A DNA stretch of 64,000 nt. Source: Candidatus Hodarchaeota archaeon. Its GTDB lineage: Archaea > Asgardarchaeota > Lokiarchaeia > Sigyniarchaeales > SOKP01. How positions within the stretch are numbered: the stretch's first letter is position 1; each line of letters starts with the position of its first letter. The DNA lies in assembly GCA_048886685.1 (NCBI GenBank), contig JBHLKM010000015.1, forward strand, positions 49,073 through 113,072, given 5' to 3'. The translations under genes and the position numbers were made by a program. Shown in pieces: positions 52,281 through 62,573 of the stretch. The notes below the pieces were generated by a model. That model searched no databases. It was not told where the DNA came from and saw only the letters and a list, made by a program, of their open reading frames with translations.

Positions 52281-53455
52281 TCTAATAAGGTTGCAATAGT
52301 AGCTTTTGAAAGTTTTTCCAGACTTCTGAAATCCATGAATTGAGACGTATCAGCAGGTGTATGGTAGAGCTCTGTTCGAAAATTTGCCCCGTCGACGATA
52401 CTTATTGCTGGAATATTATGTCTCCAAAAGGGTGCATGATCCGTCCGTAAAAGATCTGGAAATTGTTGATTAATTTGTTCATACCCCATAGGTGCCTTAA
52501 TTCCTATGTATGGCACATCAATTTCTTTCAATTCACATTTTTCCAAGAATTTATCCAATAGACTATTTGAATTTTGATCACAAAGAATGTACATAAAATT
52601 CCCAATTTCTTTTTCCCAATCAACTCGATATGATGTCCAGAAATCTGGGGGAATAGACGGTAACCGATGAGTTTTGTGTTCCTCTCTTATCCAACCAACA
52701 GCATCATAGTTAATAACACCTTTGATTGATTGAGATTCTGAGCTTAAAGAATCTACAAAATGGTTGCTTCCCACCAAAAATCTTTCTTCAGCACCTTTTA
52801 ACGGGTTCAAATCCGAATAAAAATTTTGCAAAGCTTTCAAAAATTCTAAGTTTGACTTTGAAAGTTGTTCTTTATTCTGCTCGATCACTGTTTGAACCGC
52901 TTCACCAACATTTTTTCTTGCTCTAAAATATTTGATTATTAATTTGTCACATTCCCTCATTATCTGATGCATTTGTGCAGTGGAATACCTCCATTGGGAA
53001 TCGAAAATCCCATATTTCAATCCTAGATCTCGTCGTTTTTTCATCAATCCAGGATCACCTTCTTCCAAAGTAAACGAGGCTATAATAATTGAAGGAGGAT
53101 TTTCCAATTGTGCCATAATCCGAGCAACTTCCAAGGATATTGCTACTGCAGAAAAATTATCATTAGCCCCAGGACAGTTTGGAACTGTATCATAATGTGA
53201 ACCAATTAATATCGCAGGAGAATTTTGATCCCCGATATAACCAAGTATATTTTTAAAAGTATCATCTAAGTCCGATACCTTAAATTCTTGAAATTCAACT
53301 TTCAGCCCATAACTTTCAAGTTCGTCATAAATATATTCTGCTGCTTCATTTAACTCCAACATATTGTCTAATGGATAACAAGGCCCTTCTAAATTGAGCA
53401 CATGTCGGTAAATTTGCTCTATATCTACTTGCTGAATTATTCTTTCATCATTCAT
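52274..53455 (-). CDS. M28-family metallopeptidase
   Basis: IGSHYDTV…PGANDN, FTLEE, RTDHAPFW, YHTPADT. Confidence 0.92.
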   Translation of the reverse strand: MNDERIIQQVDIEQIYRHVLNLEGPCYPLDNMLELNEAAEYIYDELESYGLKVEFQEFKVSDLDDTFKNILGYIGDQNSPAILIGSHYDTVPNCPGANDNFSAVAISLEVARIMAQLENPPSIIIASFTLEEGDPGLMKKRRDLGLKYGIFDSQWRYSTAQMHQIMRECDKLIIKYFRARKNVGEAVQTVIEQNKEQLSKSNLEFLKALQNFYSDLNPLKGAEERFLVGSNHFVDSLSSESQSIKGVINYDAVGWIREEHKTHRLPSIPPDFWTSYRVDWEKEIGNFMYILCDQNSNSLLDKFLEKCELKEIDVPYIGIKAPMGYEQINQQFPDLLRTDHAPFWRHNIPAISIVDGANFRTELYHTPADTSQFMDFRSLEKLSKATIATLLDF

Positions 53456-53580
53456 AATTTATCCCATATTTGATTCATTTGGGTTTAAGTGTTAAATAAC
53501 ACTATGGATTAAAGGTAAGGAAGAAAAGGTTTCTTAAAAGCCTTTTGAACTATAATTATAATTTAAGATTTTTTTATCTT

Positions 53581-53626
53581 TTTTCACCAAATTTTCATTG
53601 AACTCAGACGCTGAATTTACCTTTCC
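53581..53626 (+). repeat. Repeat A copy 6
   Basis: ttttcaccaaattttcattgaactcagacgctgaatttacctttcc. Confidence 0.95.
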
Positions 53627-54087
53627 TAACTTTTCTATATGCACTCGAAGAGTTAGCCTATGATATTTATAAAAATTTTGGAGGATTAATAGATACTTAT
53701 AATGGTAATATCAAACCGTTTAAAGGAATAGAAGACATAATTAACCAACATCTAAATATCTCGCCAAAAGTGAAACTTAATCAAACGGAAAAAGATATAA
53801 TAGAAAAAACAAAGTCACAACTAACTCAAACAGAGCGCGAGGTGATGAATCGACTAAAAGAAAAGTTAAAAGATTTACTTAAAAAGTTTAATGATGATGA
53901 TTTTTTTCCTTATCCATATATCTTTAAGCCTCCAAGTCCCCCTGGAGATGACGTGTTACAGGGGCAACTAAAACCAGAATTTATACCACCCAAAAAAAAG
54001 CAAGAATTTGAGCCTTATTGCAAGCATTGTGGTGCTGAACTACCTGCTGTACAATTAATTTGTCCTGCTTGCGGAAAGAAGATTTAA
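53626..54087 (+). pseudogene. 5'-truncated gene with C-terminal zinc ribbon (ORF track 53770..54087)
   Basis: Frame stays open with protein-like sequence (ALEELAYDIYKNFGGLIDTYNGNIKPFKGIEDII) back into repeat A6, with no ATG; ends YCKHCG…CPACGKKI. Confidence 0.65.
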
Positions 54088-54526
54088 GGAAACAATAAAA
54101 TCTTAGTGAATTTAGTTGTCTTCTAATTTAGAAGAAGAAGAAGAAGATTCTCGATCTCACTAGACACTTTATCCAGAAACAGCAGGTAAGCAGTGCCATC
54201 GCGATTTCATTACTTAGGAAAAAAATGGGCAATGAGTAAAGATTTTGTATTTCTAAGACACCTTAATACTTGATTGTTACAACAGATGTAGTGTCAAGTA
54301 GAAAGAATAGATTATATCCCCTCTTTCTTTCCATATTTCAGTTTACTTATTTCGGAATCCTCTTTTTTTTTACTTTTTTTCCACATATGGCACAAACCCG
54401 TCTTATAAGGTAAAGTCTTAAAAGAAAAGTGTGATCTTTTCTCATATCGACCATTTTATTACAATTTTTACACCAATAACGTCTCATTTAACCTCTCTCA
54501 CTACCTCATTAATATTTCATTCATAA

Positions 54527-54742
54527 TTAAATCCTAAGGTCATTAATTGTATATGTTTGTTGCTCTTCCCCTTTATCAATTGCAACGGCTAGGCATACTT
54601 TCGCCAAAATATTATCTGCTAAATAATGGGCTAACTCATATACGGTCGGTATTGGACTCTCAGACAATGCCAGCGCATAACTCAACATTGTTTTAATCGT
54701 TTCATGGATTTCATCTAAACTTGATCTAGGCATTTTTATCAA
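54527..54742 (-). CDS. Short hypothetical protein, possibly a 3'-truncated remnant
   Basis: 71 aa ORF between A6 and A7. Confidence 0.4.
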   Translation of the reverse strand: MIKMPRSSLDEIHETIKTMLSYALALSESPIPTVYELAHYLADNILAKVCLAVAIDKGEEQQTYTINDLRI

Positions 54743-54785
54743 TTCTTCTGTTATAATTATCTATTAAACATTTTTGTAATATAAT

Positions 54786-54840
54786 TTTTCACTAAATTTT
54801 CATTGAAATCAGACGCTGAATTTACCTTTCCATTCCAATT
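54786..54840 (+). repeat. Repeat A copy 7
   Basis: ttttcactaaattttcattgaaatcagacgctgaatttacctttccattccaatt. Confidence 0.95.
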
Positions 54841-54890
54841 GGCTTCTTGAAGTTTCTAATTTCCTCTTGCTGAATTTTAGAAGTTTTTTT

Positions 54891-55016
54891 AATGGTGATT
54901 GTACCTATGGTCAAGGAAATGGAGAACAAGCCATTTCAGGATATAATATATCACTTGTACTTAATTTTCTATTCATTATAGCAATTATAATCAGTAGAAA
55001 AATAAAGAAATCCTAA
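54891..55016 (+). pseudogene. Orphan C-terminal sorting/anchor fragment
   Basis: Manual translation NGDCTYGQGNGEQAISGYNISLVLNFLFIIAIIISRKIKKS-stop. Confidence 0.7.
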
Positions 55017-55060
55017 AATTAAATTAACGTGCTCTTTTATTTTTATTGAATTTGTTTATT

Positions 55061-55110
55061 TTTTTCAAAGGAATTTTCTTTGAAATCAGACTCTGAATTT
55101 ACCTTTCCAT
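55061..55110 (+). repeat. Repeat A copy 8
   Basis: tttttcaaaggaattttctttgaaatcagactctgaatttacctttccat. Confidence 0.95.
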
Positions 55111-55290
55111 AACATTTGAATAGATTGATAGTATTGTTCAAATTTTTAGTGGTAAATTAACCATTTTATTTGTAAATTTAGAATTTCACTAGCAAAAATG
55201 TTAAATTAGTTTTAAAAACAACTTTAACCTAATTATCATTTAACAAAAATTTTCCATGTATAATATGAATAAAAAATGAGATGACTATTT

Positions 55291-58014
55291 ATGAAAAAAT
55301 CAAGGTTTAGTTTAGTTCTTATAGTGATTATTCTAATTAGCTTTTCATTTTCTAGTTATGTTAAGCGAATAGAACCTAAAAGTCAAACTGTTGGAAACAT
55401 AGATAATGTAAAAATGTCAGGAACAGCTCCTTTCATATTTGGATTAGATTCAGAGATGGACGACTTAGATCCTCATAATTCATTGGATATAGCGGTAATT
55501 GAGCAAGTATGCGAAAAACTATTTGCATATAATCTAACTGATCCTAACTTACCAATTATCCCTCAATTAGCTTCTGATTTTGGAACATGGGATGGACCTA
55601 ATCCAGATGGAACATGGAATTATAATGTTCCTCTTAGAAGTGGTGTCTATTTTCATGATGGAACTGTTTTTAATGCAACTGCTGTAAAATGGAGTTTTGA
55701 TAGACTCTATTATTTTGTTGATAACGATCTCACTAAAATTGGAGGATTATATGAATTTTACGATGAGACGGTGGGTGGTTTGGTTTCTATCATTAATAGA
55801 GTTGAAATTGTTAATGAATTTGAAGTAAAATTTGTTTTAAATAAGTATTATGCTCCTTTTGAAGATTTACTTACATTCCCTGGTTCAAGCATATTATCTC
55901 CTGCATCCACGCCAGCTACTAGTTTTATTAATACTTATTTCGGTGATTTAGTAGGCACTGGGCCATTTGATTATGATGCCTATCATAAAAGTATAGAAGA
56001 AATCTATTTTCATGCTTTTGAGAATTATTGGGGTGATAAAGCCGATATTGATAGTATGATCTTCAAAGTTATCAGTGATGATACTTCAAGGAATAATGCT
56101 TTATTAAGTGGTACTGTTCATTTCATAGCTACTCCATTAGTTTCCTTTTATTCGTCTATTCAAACAGATCCAGATACAGTTCTCTTAGATTCCGGGTTGG
56201 TAGGGCCTACTGTAACTTACTTGGGGATGAATAATAATCTAATTAATTCAACATTCAGAAAAGCAATATCATATACGATTGATTATTCCTCTATAATTGA
56301 GTTTTATGTAGATGTTAGAGATAATGGGGCAGTAAGGGCAAAATCTCCAATTGCTGAAGGAATGAAATACTCAAATTCAACTTTTGATGCTGCTTATTTT
56401 AATATTACTAAAGCGAGAATAATTATGCAAAGTATGGGGTATGGTACTGGGTTGGATCCAACATGGCCGGGTTTAAATGAAACTGAATGGACCTCGTCTA
56501 TTTTTGATTCATTTAATTTTACCTACCATACCGGAAGTACAATTAGAGAAAGATTATCAGATTTACTCATTGCTAATCTTTCTAAAATAGGTATAGAGAT
56601 TACTCCCGCTGAAATATCATATCCTGAATTTATGTATAGCTTATTTGAGCTTGGAGGCTTCAATAGAGACATGCTACAACTCTACTGGTTAGGATGGGGA
56701 GCAGATTTTAATGATCCCAGCAATATTATAGATCATTCATTTACGAATAGAACTATTGATGGAAATGGTGTTCAATATAATGGTTATGAAGCTGCAATAG
56801 AGGCAGGAAGAAATCCATATGATTTAAATGATAATGTTCAGTTATTGATGGAAGCGGCATTACAAGAGATTAATTCAACAGTAAGAGAGGGTTTGTATGA
56901 CAGGATTCAGGAATTGCTTGTAGAAGAAGATATGCCATGGGCATTTTTAATTAGCCCTAATGTTACTTATGCTCATAATGTCAATTTAACAAATTTTCCA
57001 GAAAATAGGATGGGTAGAATATACTTTTATCCTTGTCAATGGAATGCTCCAGCCAGTACTCTCTCTGCACCTTCAAGCTTAACAGCAGATACAATTTCAT
57101 GGAATCAGATTAACCTTCAATGGATAGATACCGAATCAAATGAAGATGGCTTCCGAATTCAACGTAAATTAGGAGTAACTGGAGATTATATGGAGATTGC
57201 TACAGTAGGACCTAATATTAATACATATATTGATACTGATTTATTACCTGGTGGTATCTATTATTACAGAGTTCAAGCATATAACTTTACTCTCGGAAGT
57301 TCAGCTTGGTCAAACGAAGGAATAAATACAACTCTATCTGCCTTAGCTCCAATTTTAAATGTAATAACTCCCAATCCTGATATAGACGGAGATATTTTCT
57401 TAAATTGGAGTGATGTCGATGGTGCCTCTTATTATTATGTATATCGAGATACAGGACTAATTACGGACCTCTCAGGATTAGTTCCTATATCTAGTCCTGC
57501 AATTTCACAATATAATGATAACGGCTTACTCGAAGGAACCTATTATTATGTGATTACTGGGTATAATGCCGGTGAAGAAACACCAATCTCGAATTGTGAA
57601 TCTGCAACAGTTGACCTTCCTGAACCAGATGCCCCGGTTTTAAGTTCTATCACACCAAACCCTGATACAGATGGAATTGTAAATTTAGAATGGAATGATA
57701 TAGTTGGTGCTACTAGTTATAATGTATATCGAGACACATCGCTAATTACGGACATCTCAGGATTATCTCCTATATCTAGTCCCACAATTTCACAATATAA
57801 TGATACTGAATTAGCCGTAGGAACCTATTATTATGTGATTACCGCAGTGGGTATAGGGGGAGAATCCTTGATTTCAAACTGTGAATCAGTAGAGATAACT
57901 CAACCACCGGTTACTCCCAGGATACCTGGATTTGATTTATATTTATTTTTACCTATTGTATCAATAATCTTAATAGGAAAGATTATTCGATCCAAGAAAA
58001 AAACAATCAAATAA
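55291..58014 (+). CDS. Family 5 ABC substrate-binding protein fused to FN3-like domains, with IPGF-TM anchor
   Basis: LRSGVYFHDGTVFNA, VGTGPF, YLGMN, GWGADFNDP; FN3 YYYRVQAYN; RIPGFDLY…KKKTIK. Confidence 0.9.
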   Translation: MKKSRFSLVLIVIILISFSFSSYVKRIEPKSQTVGNIDNVKMSGTAPFIFGLDSEMDDLDPHNSLDIAVIEQVCEKLFAYNLTDPNLPIIPQLASDFGTWDGPNPDGTWNYNVPLRSGVYFHDGTVFNATAVKWSFDRLYYFVDNDLTKIGGLYEFYDETVGGLVSIINRVEIVNEFEVKFVLNKYYAPFEDLLTFPGSSILSPASTPATSFINTYFGDLVGTGPFDYDAYHKSIEEIYFHAFENYWGDKADIDSMIFKVISDDTSRNNALLSGTVHFIATPLVSFYSSIQTDPDTVLLDSGLVGPTVTYLGMNNNLINSTFRKAISYTIDYSSIIEFYVDVRDNGAVRAKSPIAEGMKYSNSTFDAAYFNITKARIIMQSMGYGTGLDPTWPGLNETEWTSSIFDSFNFTYHTGSTIRERLSDLLIANLSKIGIEITPAEISYPEFMYSLFELGGFNRDMLQLYWLGWGADFNDPSNIIDHSFTNRTIDGNGVQYNGYEAAIEAGRNPYDLNDNVQLLMEAALQEINSTVREGLYDRIQELLVEEDMPWAFLISPNVTYAHNVNLTNFPENRMGRIYFYPCQWNAPASTLSAPSSLTADTISWNQINLQWIDTESNEDGFRIQRKLGVTGDYMEIATVGPNINTYIDTDLLPGGIYYYRVQAYNFTLGSSAWSNEGINTTLSALAPILNVITPNPDIDGDIFLNWSDVDGASYYYVYRDTGLITDLSGLVPISSPAISQYNDNGLLEGTYYYVITGYNAGEETPISNCESATVDLPEPDAPVLSSITPNPDTDGIVNLEWNDIVGATSYNVYRDTSLITDISGLSPISSPTISQYNDTELAVGTYYYVITAVGIGGESLISNCESVEITQPPVTPRIPGFDLYLFLPIVSIILIGKIIRSKKKTIK

Positions 58015-58182
58015 TTCTTTTTTTTTTCATTTTTGTGAAGTAAGTTGCCTTGTTTATAAAAACTTCTACTCTGATTTTGTTTAGATAGCATAGAGAAAGT
58101 AAGGTTTTATTAAGAAATAAGAAATTAGAAAATACATTAATAAAATGAAAAATAAAGCAAAAATACATCTCAAGAAAACTAG

Positions 58183-58219
58183 TTGAAATCAGACGCTGAA
58201 TTTACCTTTCCATTTCAAT
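58183..58219 (+). repeat. Repeat A copy 9 (left part missing)
   Basis: ttgaaatcagacgctgaatttacctttccatttcaat. Confidence 0.9.
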
Positions 58220-58494
58220 GCTAATTTGAAGACCTTGAATCAAAACTTAATTTTATAAAACTGAAATTAGAAATTTCTAATTTTGTTAAATAGATCTAAA
58301 TTTGTTTTAGAAATCTTAATGAGTTAAAACAGAATAAATTCAGTAAAGGTTTAAAGTTCATTCTAAGTTCAGCAATTAAATCTATTTTATTAATAGTTAG
58401 TACAATATTCATAAGTATTGAAATAATGAAAAGGAATTTTATGGTTGAGAAAAATTGTTTGAATCAAGTCCAATTACTTTAAATCAACTAAATT

Positions 58495-60441
58495 ATGGCT
58501 CAAATAGAATCTCTAGAATTAAATAAGATAGAACGTCTCGTAAATGAGGGTAGATTTGATGATGCCCTTCAATTGATTAATAAATTTGAAGAGGGAGGAG
58601 ATATTTCTCTTTATGATAAAGTATCATGTAATCTTTTTAAGGGAGAGCTATTATATCAGCAAGGATTATTTGAAGATTCATTTCAACTTGCCAAACACGC
58701 TTATAAAGAGAGTTTGGGATTAGGAAAAAGCCTTTTAACCATTGATTGCTTATATGGTATGGCAATAAACTTAATCAGCCAAAGTAAAACTAAAGAAGCG
58801 GATCTATTAATAAAACAGGGAGAAGAACTTCTTGAAGTTATACCTCAAATAAGCCCAAAGGATTACAAGAAAAGAGAAGCAGCATTAATCTATCTTAAAG
58901 GATTGGTTTTTCATCCATGGACATCTCAAGAAAGTAATATAAATCTCGCAGTAAAATATTTCCAAGAAAGTTTAGCGATATATGAAAGTTATGATAATAA
59001 AGATGGAATAGTTGGATACCTTGTATTAATTAGTTCTATATTTAATCTGATAGGTGAATTAGAAAAAAGTTTTGAGAATATAGAGCGAGCTTTACATCTA
59101 GCTACGGAATTAAACAGAAAACACTCTATAGGATGGATTTTGTTTATTAAAGGCACATTTTATCATCTAAAGGGGAAGATCGATGAAGGTGTTAAACTTT
59201 ATCAGCAGAGTTTATACATTTTTAAAGAACTCAATAATTACAATATGGTTGCCAGTCTGCTTAACAATCTAGGTGGAATTTTTAAATTGAAAGGAGATCT
59301 AGATCACGCTTTGGAATGTTTAGAAGAGGCTGTAGAATTAGGTACCAAATTTAGTAGTTTGAAAACCATAGCAAATTTTTATGATTATTTAATTCAAATT
59401 TTAATTGAGAAAGGAGAGATCAGCAGGGCAGAAGAATGTTTAGAGAAATTAGATCAAATAAGTAAACAATTGAATCTAAAAGAAACATATTGCATATTCT
59501 TTTTTAACAAGGCTTTGATTTTAAAAACTAGTACTCGTGTTATTAATCGAGGGAAAGCAGAAGAGCTATTAAAACGAGTCCTCGAATTGGATCCAATTTA
59601 CGAATTTAAAATAGGAGCTCTAATTAATTTAAGTGATTTACTTCTAATAGAATTAAAGACGACACATAATTTAGAAGTTTTGCAAGAAATAGAAAGATAT
59701 ATTAACCAACTAATAACAATTGCAGAAAATTCGGGTTCATATGAGGTGTTGGGAGAATCTTACCTTCTACAAGCCAAATTAGCCTTAATATCATTAGAAT
59801 TGGAGGATGCTAGAAGATTATTGACTCAAGGACAACAAATTGCTGAAAAATTCGGACTACAACAATTAGCAATGAAGATTTCAAACGAACATGATGATCT
59901 ACTGAAAGAATTAAGTAACTGGGAAAAATTAAGAGAATCAAAAGCATCTTTGCCTGAACGAATGGAATTAGCTCGTTTGAATGAACAAATAGAAGGAATA
60001 ATTAAAAAACGTGTCATTGAAGTTCCAAAACTGCCTGAAGAGACACCAATGTTACTTTTAATTTTATCAGAAGGAGGAGAATCCCTTTTCTCTCAATATT
60101 TTATAGACGACCAATCGATAGACGATCATCTTTTTGCAGGTTTCTTAAGTGCTATTAATTCATTTATTAATGAAATCTTTTCTGAGGGTCTTGATAGGGT
60201 GATTTCTGGGGAGCACACTATTCTCTTAAACGCAATGGCACCATATTTTATTTGTTATATCTTCAAGGGTCAATCATATTCTGCTCATTTAAAGATTAAG
60301 GCGTTTATCGATGGTATACAAAGTGATAAAGAAATTTGGGATAGGTTTGAAAGGTTTTTCAAGATAAACCAGGAAATTCAATTAAAAGATGTTCCCTCTC
60401 TCAAAACTTTAATACAAGAGATATTCATTGAAACGACATGA
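58495..60441 (+). CDS. TPR-repeat protein with C-terminal longin/roadblock-like domain
   Basis: TPR helices (LNNLGGIFKLKGDLDHALE); C-terminal LLILSEGGESLFS…FAGFLSAINSF. Confidence 0.85.
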   Translation: MAQIESLELNKIERLVNEGRFDDALQLINKFEEGGDISLYDKVSCNLFKGELLYQQGLFEDSFQLAKHAYKESLGLGKSLLTIDCLYGMAINLISQSKTKEADLLIKQGEELLEVIPQISPKDYKKREAALIYLKGLVFHPWTSQESNINLAVKYFQESLAIYESYDNKDGIVGYLVLISSIFNLIGELEKSFENIERALHLATELNRKHSIGWILFIKGTFYHLKGKIDEGVKLYQQSLYIFKELNNYNMVASLLNNLGGIFKLKGDLDHALECLEEAVELGTKFSSLKTIANFYDYLIQILIEKGEISRAEECLEKLDQISKQLNLKETYCIFFFNKALILKTSTRVINRGKAEELLKRVLELDPIYEFKIGALINLSDLLLIELKTTHNLEVLQEIERYINQLITIAENSGSYEVLGESYLLQAKLALISLELEDARRLLTQGQQIAEKFGLQQLAMKISNEHDDLLKELSNWEKLRESKASLPERMELARLNEQIEGIIKKRVIEVPKLPEETPMLLLILSEGGESLFSQYFIDDQSIDDHLFAGFLSAINSFINEIFSEGLDRVISGEHTILLNAMAPYFICYIFKGQSYSAHLKIKAFIDGIQSDKEIWDRFERFFKINQEIQLKDVPSLKTLIQEIFIETT

Positions 60442-60450
60442 TTTTCTCTC

Positions 60451-60538
60451 TTTTTTCAAAGGTATTTTCATTGAAATCAGACCCTGAATTTACCTTTCCA
60501 TTCCATTTTCACAGAAAATTAAGACAAAATTTAAAAAA
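60451..60538 (+). repeat. Repeat A copy 10 with extended right flank
   Basis: ttttttcaaaggtattttcattgaaatcagaccctgaatttacctttccattccattttcacagaaaattaagacaaaatttaaaaaa. Confidence 0.97.
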
Positions 60539-62573
60539 TCTCATTGATCACCGTTTTGAGCGCGGGGGGCTTATCGAGCTCTAACATCTCACTAGTTTTG
60601 ACCGATTTTTCTAAAGCTTGCCAAATTTCCGAATTTTCCCTTATGGCTTCGGTAAAGCGTGATAACTTTTGCAACGCAGGATATGATTGCCCTTTAATAA
60701 CATAACATGTTAAAAACGGTTCTATCGGGTTTATTAAGATAGTATTTTCACCGATTCTAATTCGATCGATAGATTTAGAAAAGATTTCGTTACTGAATGT
60801 ATTAAAAGCAGACATAAATGAGCTAAAAAGGTTTCTATAATCCCAATTTTCTACGAAAGGATGACTAAAGTACGTAGACCCACCCTCACCCATAACAAGG
60901 AGTAATATTGGCTCCTCTTCCACTAACTCAGGAGGATCTACTGCCTGTTTTCCTTTTAATCGGTTAATGACCCCGTCAAAGGAAGCTAATTCGATTCTAT
61001 CTGCCATCGGAGCGTTTTCATACTTAAGTTTATCCCACTCCTCAGTTTTCTCAAGTAGAATATCGTATTCATTGGAAATCTTTTGTGCTAACAAGTTAAG
61101 ACCGTGGTCCTCTGCGATCTGTTGAGCTTGCATATATAAAGATTTTCCTCCTTCAAGATCCAATTGAATTAATGCCAACTTAGCTTGAAGTAATTTTGCC
61201 TCACCCAACCATGAAAACGAATGTTGGTTATCTGCGATTTTAAGAAGTTGAATAATCAATGGGGATATCTCATCTATTACTTCTGAATTATTGTAGATAG
61301 ATAGTTCTTCTAAGAGAAGATCACACAATGTAACTATCGCTAAAATATGAAATTGAGCGAAAACAATATCATGCTCAACTATTTGTTTTAATAGTCTTTC
61401 AGCATCAGTATGATCACGCATTCGGCTACTCATTTTTAATATTGATGCTTTTCCTAATAGATATCCCTGCTCAAATAATATGCTTTCATGCTGAACTGAG
61501 AGATTTTCTAATTGTTTTAAATTCTCTTGTGCTTGTTCACGGGAGTTGTTATCAAGGTTGATTAATAATAAGGCTAACAACGGAAATACCATGGATAAAC
61601 GACTTCCAATCTTTTCACCAAGTACCAAAGCCTGCTCAAAATACTCTATAGCTTGATCATTTTCACCTCCCTCCCTGCAAATTTCCCCAATAATCCGTTT
61701 ATTAAAGCTTAAATCAAAGTAATTTAAACTTTCTTCTGCTAATTTGGTTGACTGTTTAATATATTTTAAAGCTTTATTCAACTCACCTTTACTATGGTAA
61801 ATCTGCCCAATAATCCTCGTTGAGGCTGCCTTAATAAAATCGCTTATTTTCTCTATAGATAGGGACTTCTTACAAAATTCTAATGCTCTATTAAGATCTC
61901 CCTTAGCAAAATATGTTAATCCTATTGTGGAAAGAATATGTGCGATGCCGGTTTGAAAATCTAATTTTTCAAAGAGTTTTAAACTCTTCATGGCGTATTC
62001 TAAGGCTGTATCCAGTTCTCCTTTTTGAAACCATATGATGGCAATTAAGTCTAAGGTATATCCAACTTGAACGTCATATTTTATTTTTTCTCCTAGAGTT
62101 AAAGCTTCCAATGCTAAATCTAATGCAATATTATAATTAATCTTGAAAAGATAAATCCTAGATTTCAAATACGTTAGAAGGAATTTTAACTTAGCATTAT
62201 TAGCGGGAGATCCATTTGAAAGAGTATTAAATAATTCTTCGGCTTTTGAAATTAAATCAAGTGCTTCATCATGTTTTCCTAAGTATGCAATAACAGCCTT
62301 AAGGAAGAGTGCTTCAATAGATTCCGGAACCAATCCTAATTCTTGACTCATCGAATAAGCAAGTTCGCCGACTTCTACTGCTTCTTTCAATTGAGCTGTT
62401 AAACGATATATATTTCCTTTTAAAAGTAGTGCCGATAATTGATCTTTAGAAGTAAGTTCAATCTTTTTCTCAAAATTTATAACCATTTCGAGCGCTTCTC
62501 TTACTTTCCCGTTATACATGAGTTCTTTTGCGCAGATTAAATCCTCGGGTCTTGGATCGGACATCACTTTCAC
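60531..62573 (-). CDS. TPR-repeat protein with C-terminal longin/roadblock-like domain (paralog of 58495)
   Basis: Same architecture; shared LLQAKLALI, KISNE, CYVIKGQSY motifs. Confidence 0.85.
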   Translation of the reverse strand: MKVMSDPRPEDLICAKELMYNGKVREALEMVINFEKKIELTSKDQLSALLLKGNIYRLTAQLKEAVEVGELAYSMSQELGLVPESIEALFLKAVIAYLGKHDEALDLISKAEELFNTLSNGSPANNAKLKFLLTYLKSRIYLFKINYNIALDLALEALTLGEKIKYDVQVGYTLDLIAIIWFQKGELDTALEYAMKSLKLFEKLDFQTGIAHILSTIGLTYFAKGDLNRALEFCKKSLSIEKISDFIKAASTRIIGQIYHSKGELNKALKYIKQSTKLAEESLNYFDLSFNKRIIGEICREGGENDQAIEYFEQALVLGEKIGSRLSMVFPLLALLLINLDNNSREQAQENLKQLENLSVQHESILFEQGYLLGKASILKMSSRMRDHTDAERLLKQIVEHDIVFAQFHILAIVTLCDLLLEELSIYNNSEVIDEISPLIIQLLKIADNQHSFSWLGEAKLLQAKLALIQLDLEGGKSLYMQAQQIAEDHGLNLLAQKISNEYDILLEKTEEWDKLKYENAPMADRIELASFDGVINRLKGKQAVDPPELVEEEPILLLVMGEGGSTYFSHPFVENWDYRNLFSSFMSAFNTFSNEIFSKSIDRIRIGENTILINPIEPFLTCYVIKGQSYPALQKLSRFTEAIRENSEIWQALEKSVKTSEMLELDKPPALKTVINEIF

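Noticed and set aside
1367-60017. Numerous 60-125 aa ORFs overlapping larger genes (e.g. 1367, 2390, 4043, 4579, 29878, 32189, 38500, 49670, 52980, 59826)
   Set aside because: Shadow ORFs antisense or out of frame to well-supported genes, with no recognisable motifs.
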